The position numbers and the translations under genes are program-made. From the NCBI GenBank assembly GCA_038318895.1, contig JBBQCS010000003.1:9381-73380 (forward strand): a stretch of 64,000 bases of DNA, in the 5' to 3' direction. The notes below the pieces were generated by a model. It saw nothing but the letters and a program-made list of their open reading frames with translations, was not told the origin of the DNA and did no database searches. Positions 62,158-64,000 of this stretch are shown piece by piece. This stretch comes from Alphaproteobacteria bacterium (lineage in GTDB: Bacteria > Pseudomonadota > Alphaproteobacteria > UBA11222). Position 1 is the stretch's first letter. Every line of letters begins with the position of its first letter.

Positions 62158-63672
62158 CTATGGTCCAAGGACCGGTAAAACAAACTCCGCGATGGCCGGG
62201 CCGACAAAATATATCAGCACGGATAAAACACCGGTAATACACGCTGGAACGACACACCATAAAGGTGCTTCACGTACCCGCAGCTGACTGATCGTGGAAA
62301 CCTCCTGGCCTTGCGGCTGGGGACGGTCCTTTTCGCCTTGCAGCGGCAGAAAAAACCCCCGCGCCACCACTGGTATCAGATAGGCGACGCTCAATACTGA
62401 CGACAACATCCAAACGCCTATCATCACCTGCTGCCCGGAATCAGCCGCCCCAATCATCAAGAACCACTTGCTCCATGCGCCCCCACTTGGGGGGATGCCA
62501 ATTATACTGAGCGCGGCCAATAGAAAAGCCCCGAATGTAAACGGCATCAGCCGCCCAAGTCCGCGCATCTCGCTGATATTTCTTTTTCCGCTGGCCACAT
62601 AAATCGCCCCCGCGCACATGAACAGCGTTATCTTGCCAAGCGCGTGCGCAACAAGTTGCAGGACCCCGCCAACCATCCCCATCACCGACGCAAGTGAAAC
62701 GCCCAGGGTAACATATGCCAACTGGGCAATCGTCGAATAGGCCAGCCGCGCCTTGAGTTCGTCTTTTCTGAGCGCGACAAATGACGCGATGATCAGGCTG
62801 ACCGCCGCCACCCAGATCATCCATTCACTTGCATGCGTTTCAGAAAGGAAGCCGACGCCAAAAATATAGATACCAACTTTAAGGACCGTGAAAACCCCCG
62901 CCTTTACGACTGCGACCGCATGTAAAAACGCGCTGACAGGCGTTGGCGCCACCATTGCCGCCGGTAACCAGAAATGAAACGGCATCAAGGCCGCTTTGCC
63001 CGCACCGAAAAGATACAGGGCAAACAAAATTGCCGCCTGCGGTCCTTCAATTTTTCCCGTCAGGATACCGCCCGGAGTAAAATCAAGGGTTCCGGCAATC
63101 CACCAGGTCCAGACAATTGCCGGCAGGAAAAATAAAATTGAGGTCGTCAGCAGGACGCTAATATAAATCCTGGCGCCTCTTTTGGCGGCATCCGTCTCAT
63201 GGTGCAGGACCAGCGGGTATGTTGACAACGTGAGCATTTCGTAAAACAGAAAAAGCGTGATCATATTGCCCGCAAAGGCAATTCCCATCGTGCTCGCCAT
63301 CGCCAATGCAAAACAGATATAAAAGCGCGTTTGATGCGGGTAATTTTTACTACGCATATAGCCGATGGAATATACGGTGATGACAATCCACAAGGCCGAC
63401 GCCACCAATGCAAAAATCAGCCCTATCGGCTCCACAAAGAACGATATCGGCAGGCCGGGTAACATCTGCACAACACGCAGCTGGGCTGTCGCGCCCGCAA
63501 GATAGTTCATCAGCAACCACACGACCGTGCCGCACAGGGCGGTTGCAATAAGCAGGCTGGCTGTCTCGCGAATATTTGGAAAGCGGTCGGCAACGCCAAT
63601 TACTAACGCGCCCAACCCTGGCAGCAGCAATGTCAACCCAAGGGCAAGCTCCGGGGTAAGACCTTCAATCAT
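62158..63672 (-). CDS. NuoM/NuoN/MrpD-family proton-conducting membrane subunit
   Basis: 504 aa carrying the canonical motif FHFWLPAAMVAPTPVSAFLHAVAVVKAG (compare [22 protein letters not shown]). Confidence 0.8.
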   Translation of the reverse strand: MIEGLTPELALGLTLLLPGLGALVIGVADRFPNIRETASLLIATALCGTVVWLLMNYLAGATAQLRVVQMLPGLPISFFVEPIGLIFALVASALWIVITVYSIGYMRSKNYPHQTRFYICFALAMASTMGIAFAGNMITLFLFYEMLTLSTYPLVLHHETDAAKRGARIYISVLLTTSILFFLPAIVWTWWIAGTLDFTPGGILTGKIEGPQAAILFALYLFGAGKAALMPFHFWLPAAMVAPTPVSAFLHAVAVVKAGVFTVLKVGIYIFGVGFLSETHASEWMIWVAAVSLIIASFVALRKDELKARLAYSTIAQLAYVTLGVSLASVMGMVGGVLQLVAHALGKITLFMCAGAIYVASGKRNISEMRGLGRLMPFTFGAFLLAALSIIGIPPSGGAWSKWFLMIGAADSGQQVMIGVWMLSSVLSVAYLIPVVARGFFLPLQGEKDRPQPQGQEVSTISQLRVREAPLWCVVPACITGVLSVLIYFVGPAIAEFVLPVLGP

Positions 63673-64000
63673 GGTCCCACCTGCATGGACAATCCCGGAT
63701 GAGGATCAAAGAACAGCGCGTTGGCGGCGGCACGCGCAGAAGAAACCGTAAACTCTGAATTGATCCCCAGCGCCAGGCAACTGATCGTCAACACCCAAAG
63801 TGGCGCCAGCATACTCAGTGGCGCTTCTGTAACTTTATTGCCTTCAGGGGAAGGCTGCAAATAGGCCGCCTCCACAATCCGGCCAAAATAAATCAACGCC
63901 AACAGAGACCCCGCGACCATGGCAAATGCGACCGGCCACCAGCCGCGTTCCAGCGCTCCGAGTACTAAATACCACTTGCTGATAAAGCCGACGGTGGCGG
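63669..64000 (-). CDS. NuoL/M/N (MrpA/D)-family antiporter-like subunit, C-terminal part only; the gene continues beyond the window end
   Basis: The frame stays open to the window edge (…ATVGFISKWYLVLGALERGWWPVAFAMVAGSLLALIYFGRIVEAAYLQ…). The GF(I/F)SKW motif is typical of this family's C-terminus. Confidence 0.6.
   Translation of the reverse strand, partial: ATVGFISKWYLVLGALERGWWPVAFAMVAGSLLALIYFGRIVEAAYLQPSPEGNKVTEAPLSMLAPLWVLTISCLALGINSEFTVSSARAAANALFFDPHPGLSMQVGP

Overview
This window reads as an alphaproteobacterial chromosomal segment. Supporting signs are a fused ispDF, the nifR3(dusB)-ntrB-ntrC operon, the aapJQMP general amino-acid ABC transporter, a class I aldolase in a tkt-gap-pgk-fba cluster, and an ATP12-family gene. 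It is GC-rich by eye and densely packed, with frequent 4-nt start/stop overlaps. I saw no rRNA, tRNA, CRISPR array or obvious transposase.

From start to end the content is:
- Efflux and RNA helicase: the C-terminal end of an RND adaptor gene overlapping a 1087-aa AcrB-type RND pump, then the DEAD-box helicase rhlE.
- An orphan DUF1329-like secreted protein.
- Central and lipid metabolism: pccB-pccA, ATP12, queF, aapJQMP, an orphan sensor kinase, a DUF385 oxidoreductase, fabG-acpP-fabF-mltG-yicC-gmk, and two tandem Sel1-repeat proteins.
- 5-formyl-THF cyclo-ligase, zapA and a DUF4164 gene, followed by the tkt-gap-pgk-fba cluster and thiE.
- dusB-ntrB-ntrC, then ispDF-pgpA-cinA.
- An FkbM-family methyltransferase gene broken by a -1 frameshift in a T/A homopolymer.
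- A SulP transporter, an MBL-fold hydrolase, an AbrB-duplication membrane protein and nadK.
- A minus-strand flagellar operon: fliL, fliM, a hypothetical, a MotE-like gene, a CheZ-like phosphatase, two tandem MotB-like proteins that lack a peptidoglycan-binding domain, and a 998-aa secreted TPR protein.
- The divergent operon flgF-flgG-flgA-flgH, with a good sigma54 promoter match upstream and a perfect 20-bp hairpin downstream.
- A long co-oriented minus-strand block: a form II (AYRGAGR) CoxM-CoxL-CoxS-CoxG molybdenum hydroxylase, an SMP-30/gluconolactonase, and three tandem NuoL/M/N (MrpA/D)-type antiporter-like subunits with a small two-TM protein, running off the window end.

The two most unusual regions are the flagellar operon with its stator-like and CheZ-like genes, and the possible linkage of the Mo-hydroxylase to the antiporter-like subunits.
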